A program made the position numbers and the translations under genes. A model generated the notes under the pieces. It was not told where the DNA came from and searched no databases. It worked only from the letters and a program-made list of their open reading frames with translations. From Macrostomum lignano (lineage: Eukaryota): DNA of 64,000 nucleotides. The stretch covers positions 51,030-115,029 of the forward strand of contig NIVC01000133.1 in NCBI GenBank assembly GCA_002269645.1, in the 5' to 3' direction. Positions 51,985-64,000 of the stretch are shown here, piece by piece; position 1 is the first letter of the stretch; every line of letters begins with the position of its first letter.

Positions 51985-52680
51985 GTATATTGGTGCCATT
52001 TTGTACCATGTTGGTGCCATTTTTTAACCGTATTAGTGCCATTTTGTACCAATTTGGTGCCATTTTGTACCATATTAGTGCCATTTTTTAACCATATTAG
52101 TGCCATTTTGTACCAATTTGGTGCCATTTTGTACCATATTAGTGCCATTTTGTACCATATTAGTGCCATTTTGTACCAATTTGGTGCCATTTTGTACCAA
52201 TTTGGTGACATTTTGTACCATATTAGTGCCATTTTTTAACCATATTAGTGCCATTTTGTACCAATTTGGTGCCATTTTGTACCATATTAGTGCCATTTTG
52301 TACCATATTAGTGCCATTTTGTACCATTTTGGTGCCATTTTGTACCATATTAGTGCCATTTTGTACCATATTAGTGCCATTTTGTACCATATTAGTGCCA
52401 TTTTGTACCAATTTGGTGCCATTTTGTACCATATTAGTGCCATTTTTAACCATATTAGTGCCATTTTGTACCATATTAGTGCCATTTTGTACCATACTAG
52501 TGGCATTTTGTACCAATTTGGTGCCATTTTGTACCATATTGGTGCCATTTTGTACCATTTTGGTGCCATTTTGTACCATTTTGGTGCCATTTTGTACCAA
52601 TTTGGTGCCATTTTGTACCATATTAGTGCCATTTTTTAACCATATTAGTGCCATTTTGTACCAATTTGGTGCCATTTTGA
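51985..52680. repeat. 21/22-bp minisatellite (TAGTGCCATTTTGTACCATAT)
   Basis: Direct. Confidence 0.95.
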
Positions 52681-52951
52681 ATCATAAAGAGCCACTGTCA
52701 TATTGTCAAAGTGCTCCGCATATTCTACTGCTATTATTTTGCATTTTTTCATTTCTAAACTGCTTCGTCAAACTTGGCATCGAGCTGTGCGAACAACCAG
52801 CAGCTGAGGCAATTCTGCCCAAATACTTTGCGCAGGAATTCACTCGTACACACAGCTCACGCAGGGTGTACATCAGCCCTGACTTTCTAATCGTCAGACA
52901 TGTACACACTCTGTGCCCCAAATTGATGCGGCTTGTGGAGTTCTCCCTCAC

Positions 52952-53135
52952 CTGTCTGGAGCAGGGGCTGTTCAGCCGGCGCACGTAGTACTGCTCGTCT
53001 GGCCCGTAGTCGGCCGGACAGCGGTCCGAGGTCGGGCTGAGGTTCTTCCGGTTGGCGCAGGAGATCCGCTGCACCCGGTTGAGAATATTGGACCGTCGGG
53101 TCAGCTGCAGCACGTAGTGATCCGGGATCGGCTGC
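52952..53135 (-). CDS. Large 5-TM membrane protein, exon 3
   Basis: CCCGGCAG / GTGAGG, phase 2/0; QPIPDHYVLQLTRRSNILNRVQRISCANRK...SPCSRQ. Confidence 0.8.
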
Positions 53136-53324
53136 CTGCCGGGTGTGAGGTTTCAAGCGTGAAACTGAATTCTAGACTGCAGTGGCTGTAAGTAGTCAAA
53201 ATAGCATTTTTCCTTATTTCTAATCTATGACTAATTTTTGTTGCTTATTGAGCGTTCAAAGATCACGAGCTCGAATTAAAAAAACATTTTGGAAGATTAG
53301 AATATTCTGACAAAACTTAGAAGA

Positions 53325-53470
53325 TTCAGATGAACTTCAGGACATTCAGACAAATTTCAGAAGATTCAGATGCATTTCAGAAGATTCAGATTCATTTCAG
53401 AAGATTCAGATGCATTTCAGAAGATTCAGATGCATTTCAGAAGATTCAGACAAATTTCAGAAGATTCAGA
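53325..53470. repeat. 20-bp tandem repeat (AGAAGATTCAGATGCATTTC)
   Basis: Direct. Confidence 0.85.
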
Positions 53471-53472
53471 AA

Positions 53473-53790
53473 GTTGTAGCCTATGGGGGTTGTAGCCTAG
53501 TGGTTAGAGCGTCGGACTCACGACTTGAAGGTCGGGGGTTCGATTCCCTATCCCTCTAGAACAGTTTGTGTCCTTGAGCAAGACGCTTAACTCTGCATTG
53601 CTTCAGTTCACCCAGCTGTAAAATGGGTGCCAGCATTAGCTGGGGTAATTGAGGGTGCGTGTGGCGACCCCCCAGTCCTTGGACTGAACAGCCGTACGCA
53701 GCCTTCAGATGCGCCGCGCAATAGCTGCGGCTGAGCTGTCGGTTGCGCATCTGCCCAATAGGGCAGGTGTAATCAATTAATAATTATTAT
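53473..53790 (+). mobile_element. tRNA-derived CORE-type SINE, copy 2 (inverted relative to copy 1)
   Basis: Same A/B boxes, CORE and (AAT/ATT) tail; near-identical reverse complement of 48785-49104. Confidence 0.9.
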
Positions 53791-54324
53791 TAATAGAAGA
53801 TTCAGACAAATTTGAAGGCATTCAGCTAAAATTCAGAATATTCAGACGAATTTCAGGACACACACAATTCTGATGCCAATTCTGTGCCCCAAGTTTGCTA
53901 ATGACACACTATTTATCTACGGCTCGTATGAGTCAAGAGAATTAAAAAATATGCAAGAATAGAAGCGAGCGTCTGAGCTACGGAGGAGAAGAAATAAGCG
54001 ATCAAGAGGGGGCATTGAGAGGGGGGGGGGTATTTCTGTAGCAAACTTGTCAACCACCGCAACTGTCACACGGGATCCTTGGGCGCCAGCTCTCGACGGA
54101 ACTGCACCTGGGAGTTTCGCTTTGGGATGGAGGAGGCGGGGTCGACTTGTGAGCAGTGCGAGTTGACGCGTGGGCTCTCTGACCTTCTCACGTTGCTTGA
54201 GTTGGGGAGAGCTGACTATCCTCAGCTGACAAAGCTTCAGACTTTTCTCAGCTCTGAATCCGCGGCCACGGACCTCTGTATCGACTGGAAGCAGACTCGA
54301 GCCTATTAGAAATCTATCAGGGAC

Positions 54325-54580
54325 CTCTAAATACACACTTTGGATTAGATGCAGGTCTACAGTTCTAAAAAATCGACAGGGACCTCTAAATACACACCTT
54401 AGATTAGATGCAGGTCTGCAGTCCTCGAAAATCTACCAGGGACCTCTGGATACACACCTGGATTGGAATCAGGTCCTCAAAAATCTACCAAAGACCTCTA
54501 GATACACACCTGGATTGGAAGTAGGTCTACAGTCCTCGAAAATCTACCAGGGACATCTAGATACATACCTGGATTGGAAG
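54325..54580. repeat. Degenerate ~58-bp tandem repeat (ACCTCTAGATACACACCTGGATTGGAA...)
   Basis: 4-5 diverged units. Confidence 0.6.
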
Positions 54581-55179
54581 CAAATCCGCCTGTTTTATCA
54601 ATCTTTTTTCAGTCTAGTTCCAGACATCCAGAGGCCCATGTTGTGCGGAATTTCACACTGCGTCAACAAAAAAGATTTCATTCAATCTTTCCACCAGCAA
54701 ATATTTTGCAATATTTTTTTAGAAAAAAAGCACATTTCTCTGTCCAGAAACAGAAAGCGTTGGAAATGCGGCGATGGCTCTGTGATTGAGACTTCCCGTC
54801 AGGACCACCGTTTTGTGATCTGGGACAATGGTGGCTCACAGCCTGAGGACGACAGCTCAGGAGGGGGGCGGTGAAGTGAATGCGAGTTGAGGTCGTGTCG
54901 CTGTCAGAAAATGTTTCTCAGCTTCTGTAGAGAGAGAAAAGAAAATGAAAAAAATGTGCCGGTTTATCTGCTTCACAGCGAACTGCAAAATGTAGCAGGC
55001 ATATGCCGGTTTGGTACTCAAATGGATTTGCTGCTTCTGAACTTGCCAATGAGATCCTAAACAAGTTCCTGGACTGGAACTAAGAGAGATAACTTAATCA
55101 AAATAGCGTTTGAAAAGGCTGAATCAGCTTTTAAAAATATCTAATGAACTGAAAAAATTGTGGTATGAGTTGAATGAGC

Positions 55180-55510
55180 TCCTGAGTGAACTGAATGAGC
55201 TCCTAAATAAACCCAATGAGCTCCTGAATAAACCCAATGAGCTCCTAAATAAACCTAACGAGCTCCTAAATAAACCTAAATATCTCCTAAATAAACCTTA
55301 TGATCTCCTGAATAAACCTAATGAGCTCCTAAATAAACCCAATGAGCTCCTGAATAAACCCAATGAGCTCCTGAGTAAACCTAATGAGCTCCTGTATAAA
55401 CCTAACGAGCTTCTGAATAAACCTAATGAGCTTCTAAATAAACCTAATGAGCTCCTAAAATAAACCTAATGATCACCTAAATAAACCTAATGAGCTCCTC
55501 AATTAACCCA
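55180..55510. repeat. 21-bp minisatellite (GAGCTCCTAAATAAACCTAAT)
   Basis: Direct. Confidence 0.92.
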
Positions 55511-55558
55511 TGAGCTCTCCAAGGCAATCAGGAGGCAATTAGCGCAAAGCTAGCCCAC

Positions 55559-55782
55559 CTGCAGTACTTAGCGTGGACATCTCGTAACTTGGCGCTCCAC
55601 CTGCCAGCGCCCGAGCTGGTGTGCTCGTCCCGCTTAGCCAGGTATTTGGCTATGAATGCGTTGTCGGAGGCGTCCACTTGCCGGCCGCCGAGGCCCATGG
55701 TCTTGTTGCCGTCCTTGTACACTGGCACCAGGTTCACTCCGGTGATCGACACGTGAACTGCGATTTCTGGGTTGGCGCCCTC
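55559..55782 (-). CDS. Large 5-TM membrane protein, exon 2
   Basis: GACTGCAG / GTGGGC, phase 0/2; EGANPEIAVHVSITGVNLVPVYKDGNKTMGLGG...HAKYC. Confidence 0.82.
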
Positions 55783-55844
55783 CTGCAGTCAAGGGTGGCG
55801 GGTTCCGACATGGCTATTAATGCCGATTACTGCCCCAATGCCTA

Positions 55845-56355
55845 CACAGGGTCACAATGCGTACACAGGGTCACAATGCGTACACAGGGTCACAATGCGT
55901 ACACAGGGTCACAATGCGTACACAGGGTCACAATGCGTACACAGGGTCACAATGCGTACACAGGGTCACAATGCGTACACAGGGTCACAATGCGTACACA
56001 GGGTCACAATGAGTACACAGGGTCACAATGAGTACACAGGGTCACAATGCGTACACAGGGTCACAATGCGTACACACAGGGTCACAATGCGTACACAGGG
56101 TCACAATGCGTACACACAGGGTCACAATGCGTACACAGGGTCACAATGCGTACACACAGGGTCACAATGCGTACACAGGGTCACAATGCGTACACACAGG
56201 GTCACAATGCGTACACAGGGTCACAATGCGTACACACAGGGTCACAATGCGTACACAGGGTCACAATGCGTACACACAGGGTCACAATGCGTACACAGGG
56301 TCACAATGCGTACACACAGGGTCACAATGCGTACACAGGGTCACAATGCGTACGC
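55845..56355. repeat. 19/21-bp minisatellite (CACAGGGTCACAATGCGTA[CA])
   Basis: Direct. Confidence 0.95.
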
Positions 56356-57061
56356 AGGCTTTCAATACGCCAGTGTCACACTGCATGTAGGTTCAAAGGC
56401 CCGGTACACAGGCTTAACATTGGTACACAGATTGAACTTCAGTAATCAGTACAAAATTTATGTACCCATGACTTACTTTTAATTGGTACTACTCAGACTC
56501 AATTTTGGTATAATTATGCCACTGTACTGTTATGGATGGACTTCAAGCACCTAACTGCATGCACACAGGGTTTGAGTACCGGAGTGGTAAACGCACTAAG
56601 GTCCCAAGTTCGATTCTGCATTAATTTGAAGTTCACGCTAGCAGAATGTCTGTTTACGCATAAATTATTCCCTGTTTGCTACTGACTATTCCCGACTCAA
56701 TCCGGCCGTTCCGTGTTTGTCGAACGTGGCTAGACGACGTGAGAGCCCGGGCATCTGGCCAGCAGGATGAGGCCGGATGCGACCCATTTGGCGCCTGTGT
56801 CTCTGTCTGTCCCACTATCCGCCTTGTTCTTTAGTAATTATACCAATGCTGACAGATGCTACAGGGACTCCTCCGTTGTAACCAAACTGAGTTTTTTACA
56901 TAAGTATGAAAATTCAATTCGCTGAACTATGGTCGCAACTTGGATGTTCAAGCCCATTGGCAAAGGCCCAGGCTCAATTCTATCAGTTTATTTCCAGGTA
57001 CTGACTAATCTAGGCTGGCCAGTAACAATTTTTGCATATGCGACATTTAAAGTGCAATTAC

Positions 57062-59132
57062 TGGTTCACTCCCTGTCTCATACTGTCACTCACACCCTGT
57101 CTCACACTGTCACTCACTCCCTGTCTCACACTGTCACTCACTCCCTGTCTCACACTGTCACTCACTCCCTATCTCACACTGTCACTCACTCCCTATCTCA
57201 CACTGTCACTCACTCCCTATCTCACACTGTCACTCACTCCCTATCTCACACTGTCACTCACTCCCTATCTCACACTGTCACTCACTCCCTGTCTCACACT
57301 GTCACTCACTCCCTATCTCACACTGTCACTCACTCCCTATCTCACACTGTCACTCACTCCCTATCTCACACTGTCACTCACTCTCTGTCTCACACTGTCA
57401 CTCACTCCGTCTCACACTGCCACTAACACTGTCACTCACACTGTCACTCACTTCCTGTCTCACACTGTCACTAACACTGTCACTCACTCCCTGTCTCACA
57501 CTGTCACTCACACTGTCACTCACTCTGTCTCACACTGTCACTCACTCCCTGTCTCACACTATCACTCACACTGTCACTCACTCTGTCTCACACTGTCACT
57601 CACTCTCTGTCTCACACTGTCACTCACTCCGTCTCACACTGCCACTAACACTGTCACTCACTCCCTGTCTCACACTGTCACTCAAACTGTCACTCACTCT
57701 GTCTCACACTGTCACTCACTCTCTGTCTCACACTGTCACTCACTCCCTGTCTCACACTGACACTCACTCTCTGTCTCACACTGTCACTCACTACGTCTCA
57801 CACTGCCACTAACACTGTCACTCACACTGTCACTCACTCTGTCTCACACTGTCACTCACTCCCTGTCTCACACTGACACTCACTCCCTGTCTCACACTGT
57901 CACTCACTCTCTGTCTCACACTGTCACTCACTCCGTCTCACACTGTCACTCACTCCGTCTCACACTGCCACTAACACTGTCACTCACACTGTCACTCACT
58001 CTGTCTCACACTGTCACTCACACTGTCACTCACTCCCTGTCTCACACTGTCACTAACACTGTCACTCACTCCCTGTCTCACACTGTCACTCAAACTGTCA
58101 CTCACTCTGTCTCACACTGTCACTCACTCTCTGTCTCACACTGTCACTCACTCCGTCTCACACTGCCACTAACACTGTCACTCACTCCCTGTCTCACACT
58201 GTCACTCAAACTGTCACTCACTCTGTCTCACACTGTCACTCACTCTCTGTCTCACACTGTCACTCACTCCCTGTCTCACACTGACACTCACTCTCTGTCT
58301 CACACTGTCACTCACTACGTCTCACACTGCCACTAACACTGTCACTCACACTGTCACTCACTCTGTCTCACACTGTCACTCACTCCCTGTCTCACACTGA
58401 CACTCACTCCCTGTCTCACACTGTCACTCACTCTCTGTCTCACACTGTCACTCACTCCGTCTCACACTGTCACTCACTCCGTCTCACACTGCCACTAACA
58501 CTGTCACTCACACTGTCACTCACTCTGTCTCACACTGTCACTCACACTGTCACTCACTCCCTGTCTCACACTGTCACTAACACTGTCACTCACTCCCTGT
58601 CTCACACTGTCACTCAAACTGTCACTCACTCTGTCTCACACTGTCACTCACTCCCTGTCTCACACTGTCACTCACACTGTCACTCACTCTGTCTCACACT
58701 GTCACTCACTCTGTCTCACACTGTCACTCACACTGTCACTCAATCCCTGTCTCACACTGTCACTCACACTGTCACTCACTCCCTGTCTCACACTGTCACT
58801 AACACTGTCACTCAATCCCTGTCTCACACTGTCACTCACACTGTCACTCACTCTGTCTCACACTGTCACTAACACTGTCTCACACTGTCACTCACTCCCT
58901 GTCTCACACTGTCACTCACTCCCTGTCTCACACTGTCACTCCCTCCGTCTCACACTGTCATTCACTCCCTGTTTCACACTGTCATTCACTCCCTGTCTCA
59001 CACTGTCATTCACTCCCTGTCTCACACTGCCACTCACTCCCTGTCTCACACTGTCACTCCCTCCGTCTCACACTGTCATTCACTCCCTGTCTCACACTGT
59101 CATTCACTCCCTGTCTCACACTGTCACTCACA
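57062..59132. repeat. ~2-kb complex satellite (CTGTCACTCACTCCCTGTCTCACA, ~24-bp variants)
   Basis: Direct. Confidence 0.95.
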
Positions 59133-59318
59133 TCTAGAACACTTTGTCACATATTCAAGCTCCGGCCCCAACCCCTCTTTCTCACTGCAGTCATCTTCTT
59201 TTATTTCCCACCGGATCGCCAGCTGGGGACTGGGGCGAGACTCAAAAATCGCAGATAGGACTTAATCTGCGTTGCCACCCAGCTTGACCTCCTGAACGCG
59301 GCTTTAGATGCAGCTTAA

Positions 59319-59366
<48 letters not shown>

Positions 59367-59624
59367 ATCTATCTTTTTTTGCTAGCTTTCCAGCAGCGTG
59401 AGCAAATCCTGAGTCTACTGTCTTAGGGATTTTGATAGGATTTAGGCCTGGGATTGACGGAGGGAACCCCGAGGCCGAATGCGAGTCCAGTAGAAACGCA
59501 GGCAGTGTGGCGGCCCAAGTAGTCGGGTGAACTGAGATAAAATCGAGTTTTACTCCCATCTTGCAAAGTGCGAGTAATTCCCAGGCACTCCATGCGTTCG
59601 ACAGGGCATGTGACTTTCGGCAGT

Positions 59625-60192
59625 CAGCAATAACTTGGTCAGTCACTGGTGCACAAGTCAGCAATATGGTCAGTCACTGGTGCACAAGTCAGCAATAACT
59701 TGGTCAGTCACTGGTGCACAAGTCAGCAATATGGTCATTCACTGGTGCACAAGTCAGCAATAACTTGGTCAGTCACTGGTGCACAAGTCAGCAATATGGT
59801 CATTCACTGGTGCACAAGTCAGCAATAGTTTGGTCAGTCACTGGTGCACAAGTCAGCAATAGTTTGGTCAGTCACTGGTGCACAAGTCAGCAATAGTTTG
59901 GTCAGTCACTGGTGCACAAATCAGCAATAGTTTGGTCAGTCACTGGTGCACAAGTCAGCAATAGTTTGGTCAGTCACTGCTGCACAAGTCAGCAATAGTT
60001 TGGTCAGTCACTGTTGCACAAATCAGCAATAACTTGGTCAGTCACTGGTGCACAAGTCAGCAATAGTTTGGTCAGTCACTGTTGCACAAGTCAGCAATAG
60101 TTTGGTCAGTCACTGGTGCACAAGTCAGCAATAGTTTGGTCAGTCACTGGTGCACAAGTCAGCAATAGTTTGGTCAGTCACTGGTGCACAAG
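59625..60192. repeat. 34-bp minisatellite (GGTCAGTCACTGGTGCACAAGTCAGCAATAGTTT)
   Basis: Direct. Confidence 0.95.
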
Positions 60193-60749
60193 CAGACATG
60201 CAGGAAATAGCAGAACTTTGAATCACTCTCACAGCCATGCACTTTATTTCCTCAGTGGTTCGAGGCGAACTAAATACACAAAATCACTGATACGAGTTGG
60301 CTGTCAACAGCCAGCCACCGCCTGTCAATCACTATTGCTGTCACTTGACTATTAATAATAAACCACTGAATATTTTTAAAAATTTCAGTGCAGTTTGCAA
60401 TCGTACCCAACAAAAATTCCATCTTGTATCAGCCATGCAAATGTGAACTTTAGCAACCAAAATTTCTGCAAGTTTCTGCAAGTTTCAGTCGCAGAGAATT
60501 CCGTCAATTCTCTAGCAAAGCAAACTATTCGTGGATAATCCGGTTATGCAAGTGCGGCAGTGCACTTTTCGAATGTAGGCTTGAAGCTTAGAATTAGAAT
60601 TTTTTTATTAATAAATTATGCGAGTAAATCAGCTACTGTCGTCGCCAGGAAGTCTCTGAGTTTGGAGCTATTTGGAGCAGCAAATTTTGGTGGTGTATGT
60701 TGCTATGGTTAATCTCTAGATGTGAATAGATGGACGGCGATGCTCAGCA

Positions 60750-61417
60750 TTAGGGGCGCCACTTAAAGCATAAGGGGCGCCACTCTAAGTATCAGGGGCG
60801 CCACTTTCAGTATCAGGGGGCACTACTTTAAATATTAGAGGGGGTGCCACTTTAGGTATCAGGGGGCGCCATTTTAGGCATTAGGAGGCGCCACATTAAG
60901 TATCAGGGGGCGCCACTTTAGGTATCAAATGGCACCACTTTTAGTATCAGGGGAGCTACTTTAGGTATCAGGGGGCGCCATTTTAGGCATTAGGAGGCGC
61001 CACTTTAAGTATCAGGGGGGCGCCACTTTAGGTATCAAATGGCACCACTTTTAGTATCAGGGGCGCTACTTTAGGTATCAGGGGTTGCCATTTTAGGTAT
61101 CGGGGGTGCCATTTTAGGTATCAGGGGTTGCCATTTTAGGTATCAGGGGGTGCCATTTTAGGTATCAGGGGGCGCCATTTTAGGCATCAGGGAACGCCAT
61201 TTTAGGCATCAGGGGGCGCCATTTTAGGCATCAGGGGGCGCCATTTTAGGCATCAGGGGTCGCCATTTTAGGTATCAGGGGGCGCCATTTTAGGTATCAG
61301 GGGGCGCCATTTTAGGTATCAGGGGGTGCCATTTTAGGTATCAGGGGGTGCCATTTTAGGTATCAGGGGGCGCCATTTTAGGTATCAGGGGCGCCATTTT
61401 AGGTATCAGGGGGCGCC
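60750..61417. repeat. ~22-bp minisatellite (GGGGGCGCCATTTTAGGTATCA)
   Basis: Direct. Confidence 0.92.
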
Positions 61418-62017
61418 TAGCTGAGCTAAAAGTGCAGTACCGCAGACTTTAATATCGAACAGCGAAGAAATTTTAATCTCCCACACATGGGAGGTGACAG
61501 ACAGCAACTGAAACCATTATAAAATAGTGTGGTCTAAGCAACCACACCTAGCCACACTAAATCTGCCCCAAGCATAACAGCAGATGGCAGCCACACCCCA
61601 GATGCTCTTTAAGGATGGTCATGTCCGCCTACACACACAGAAACACACACAGGACTCACAAGCAGCAACAGCACTGAATGCTCAGCGCAGATCGATTGTG
61701 ATTGGGCCAAAGCTCAACCTCACCCACGACAGAAATCAATCTATCTTATAGAACAGGGCTGAAGGGGTGCAAATAAAGTGTGTTTGCTTGTTCACAGCAC
61801 ACTCTTTCACACCGCAGCTTTCAGGGAGAGGCTTTTGCTTGATTTGGCGGCCAGAGAGCAAGCCAGGATAGGGAACTTAAGAGGCTGGAAAGCCCGGAGT
61901 CAAGGCGAGTCTTACTGGCTCTCCGTGTGGCGAACTCTTTACTTTATGTTCCAACGTTGAATTCGACATAAAAACTACTATATTTATGTCGTACTTTAGT
62001 TCTGATTTTGAACTTGA

Positions 62018-62560
62018 TTGCCGTGATGATACTCACTGAGGTTGTCAACAGAACTATCATTTTGAATCATACTGGAGTGATGATACTCACTGAGGTTGTC
62101 AACAGAACTATCATTTTGAATCATACTGGAGTGATGATACTCACTGAGGCTGTCACCAGAACTATCATTTTGAATCATACTGGAGTGATGATACTCACTG
62201 AGGCTGTCACCAGAACTATCATTTTGAATCATACTGGAGTGATGATACTCACTGAGGCTGTCACCAGAACTATCATTTTGAATCATACTGGAGTGATGAT
62301 ACTCACTGAGGCTGTCACCAGAATCATCATTTTGAATCATACTGGAGTGATGATACTCACTGAGGCTGTCACCAGAACTATCATTTTGAATCATACTGGA
62401 GTGATGATACTCACTGAGGCTGTCACCAGAATCATCATTTTGAATCATACTGGAGTGATGATACTCACTGAGGCTGTCACCAGAACTATCATTTTGAATC
62501 ATACTGGAGTGATGATACTCACTGAAACTGTCACCAGAACTATCATTTTCTATCATACTG
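62018..62560. repeat. 54-bp minisatellite, ~10 copies
   Basis: Direct; gives an 18-aa periodic ORF. Confidence 0.95.
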
Positions 62561-62889
62561 AAAATGGTATCCTATCTCAGAATAGTTTGAGCCAAACATA
62601 GCCAAATGCCAATTTGCTCTCGGCGAAAACCTATTCAGGGGCTTCAAATTGCATCACAATAGCAAACGGTTCCAAAAATCGCCAGCACAAAAATTCTGGC
62701 CAACCGGAGCGCTGCTTGGCTAAAAAAATACCATTCAAGTTTGAAGAGCGAAAATCGGTTTTTTAGAGTGTTGGCACAAGAGGGGAGACGGGGGATCAGT
62801 TCTCCCTCGGATTTTCAGACAGGCAATTTGCTGCAGGCAACACACACGCCTGGCTCCGGCGCCACTCCAGCCTCCGCTGCAGCGCTCAC

Positions 62890-63014
62890 CCAGATGAAGC
62901 TCTTATCGACGCCGTTGCTAGCGATGCGCACTCGTCGCTGTCGCCTCGATCGCAGGCCATCCACCGGCTCGGCAAGGACACCGCGCGAGAGCTGCACCTT
63001 GATGCGCTGGGATT
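62890..63014 (-). CDS. Large 5-TM membrane protein, first exon seen in the window (gene continues beyond 64000)
   Basis: CCCGCAG acceptor (phase 1) / GTGAGC donor (phase 0); SQRIKVQLSRGVLAEPVDGLRSRRQRRVRIASNGVDKSFIW. Confidence 0.72.
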
Positions 63015-63412
63015 CTGCGGGTGTGGGGATGTGGGGATGTGGGCTGCTGTGAGTTTCGCACCTGCCTCTTCAGCTCAAGAGATCTCAAAGCCAATTTGAT
63101 GCATTAGTACATTATCGAGGCCCTAGAAAAAAATATTACAATGCATTTCATGGACAAATAGAATGGAAGGAAGCCAGATGCTGGAAAAGTCCATTATTGA
63201 TATAAAAAGTTTTCCCACTTATTTTTCTGCAATGCAGTTTGTACTGGGCTCATTCCCTATCGTGTTAAATAGGATTTTACCATAGACAAACTTGTTCCAG
63301 AACCTATCCATCACGAAGAGTCAAAAAGTAAATAGCTCGTACGCTCGTAGTAACTTCGAATTTATTTCTCCATGAAGTGCACAGTGTCGGAATGGTCAGT
63401 GGAGCTGATGAA

Positions 63413-63443
63413 GAGAGAGAGAGAGACAGAGAGAGAGGTAGAG

Positions 63444-63512
<69 letters not shown>

Positions 63513-63688
63513 GAGAGAGAGAGAGAGAGGTAGAGAGAGAGAGAGAGAGAGAGAGAGGTAGAGAGAGAGAGAGAGAGAAGAGACAGAGAGAGAGGTAGAG
63601 GTAGAGAGAGAGAGAGAGAGGTAGAGAGAGAGAGAGAGAGAGAGAGGTAGAGAGAGAGAGAGAGAAAGAGACAGAGAGAGAGGTAGAG

Positions 63689-63769
<81 letters not shown>

Positions 63770-63956
63770 GAGAGAGAGAGAGAGAGAGGTAGAGAGAAGA
63801 GAGAGAGAAGAGAGGAGAGAGGAGGTAGAGAGAGAGAGAGAGAGAGAAAGAGACAGAGAGAGAGGTAGAGGTAGAGAGAGAGAGAGAGAGGTAGAGAGAG
63901 AGAGATAGAGAGAGAGGTAGAGAGAGAGAGAAGGAGAGACAGAGAGAGAGGTAGAG

Positions 63957-63993
<37 letters not shown>

Positions 63994-64000
63994 GAGAGAG
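63413..64000. repeat. (GA)n microsatellite with GGTA interruptions
   Basis: Direct. Confidence 0.98.

Noticed and set aside
53485-53556. Functional tRNA gene
   Set aside because: Anticodon stem is mispaired and the sequence continues into CORE and tail, so it is a SINE head; the fragment at ~56570-56620 is likewise degenerate

Overview
Eukaryotic, intron-rich animal DNA, not prokaryotic. GC-rich exons with poly-Ala/Gln/Gly tracts sit among dense intronic minisatellites, a style resembling the flatworm Macrostomum (inference from style only). All gene models were spliced by hand using GT-AG sites and phase consistency. (1) A + strand 6-exon PAS-A/PAS-B/LxxLL protein (4294-8580, 451 aa), NCOA/Taiman-like, with no bHLH found in the window. 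(2) A - strand MRPS18B (12445-10495) with no in-frame ATG at its 5' end. (3) A small orphan - strand gene (23325-21180, ~130 aa). (4) A 5'-incomplete - strand 11-exon gene (63014-28241, >=1435 aa) encoding a large glycosylated ectodomain, 5 TM segments and a polyQ tail. Mobile elements: a decayed hAT with a nested LINE fragment, a MITE with 14-bp TIR and 8-bp TSD, a foldback-like element, an internally deleted THAP/P-superfamily element with perfect 112-bp TIRs, and an inverted pair of tRNA-CORE SINEs. About 25 tandem arrays are present. Most long ORFs in the six-frame track are repeat artefacts.
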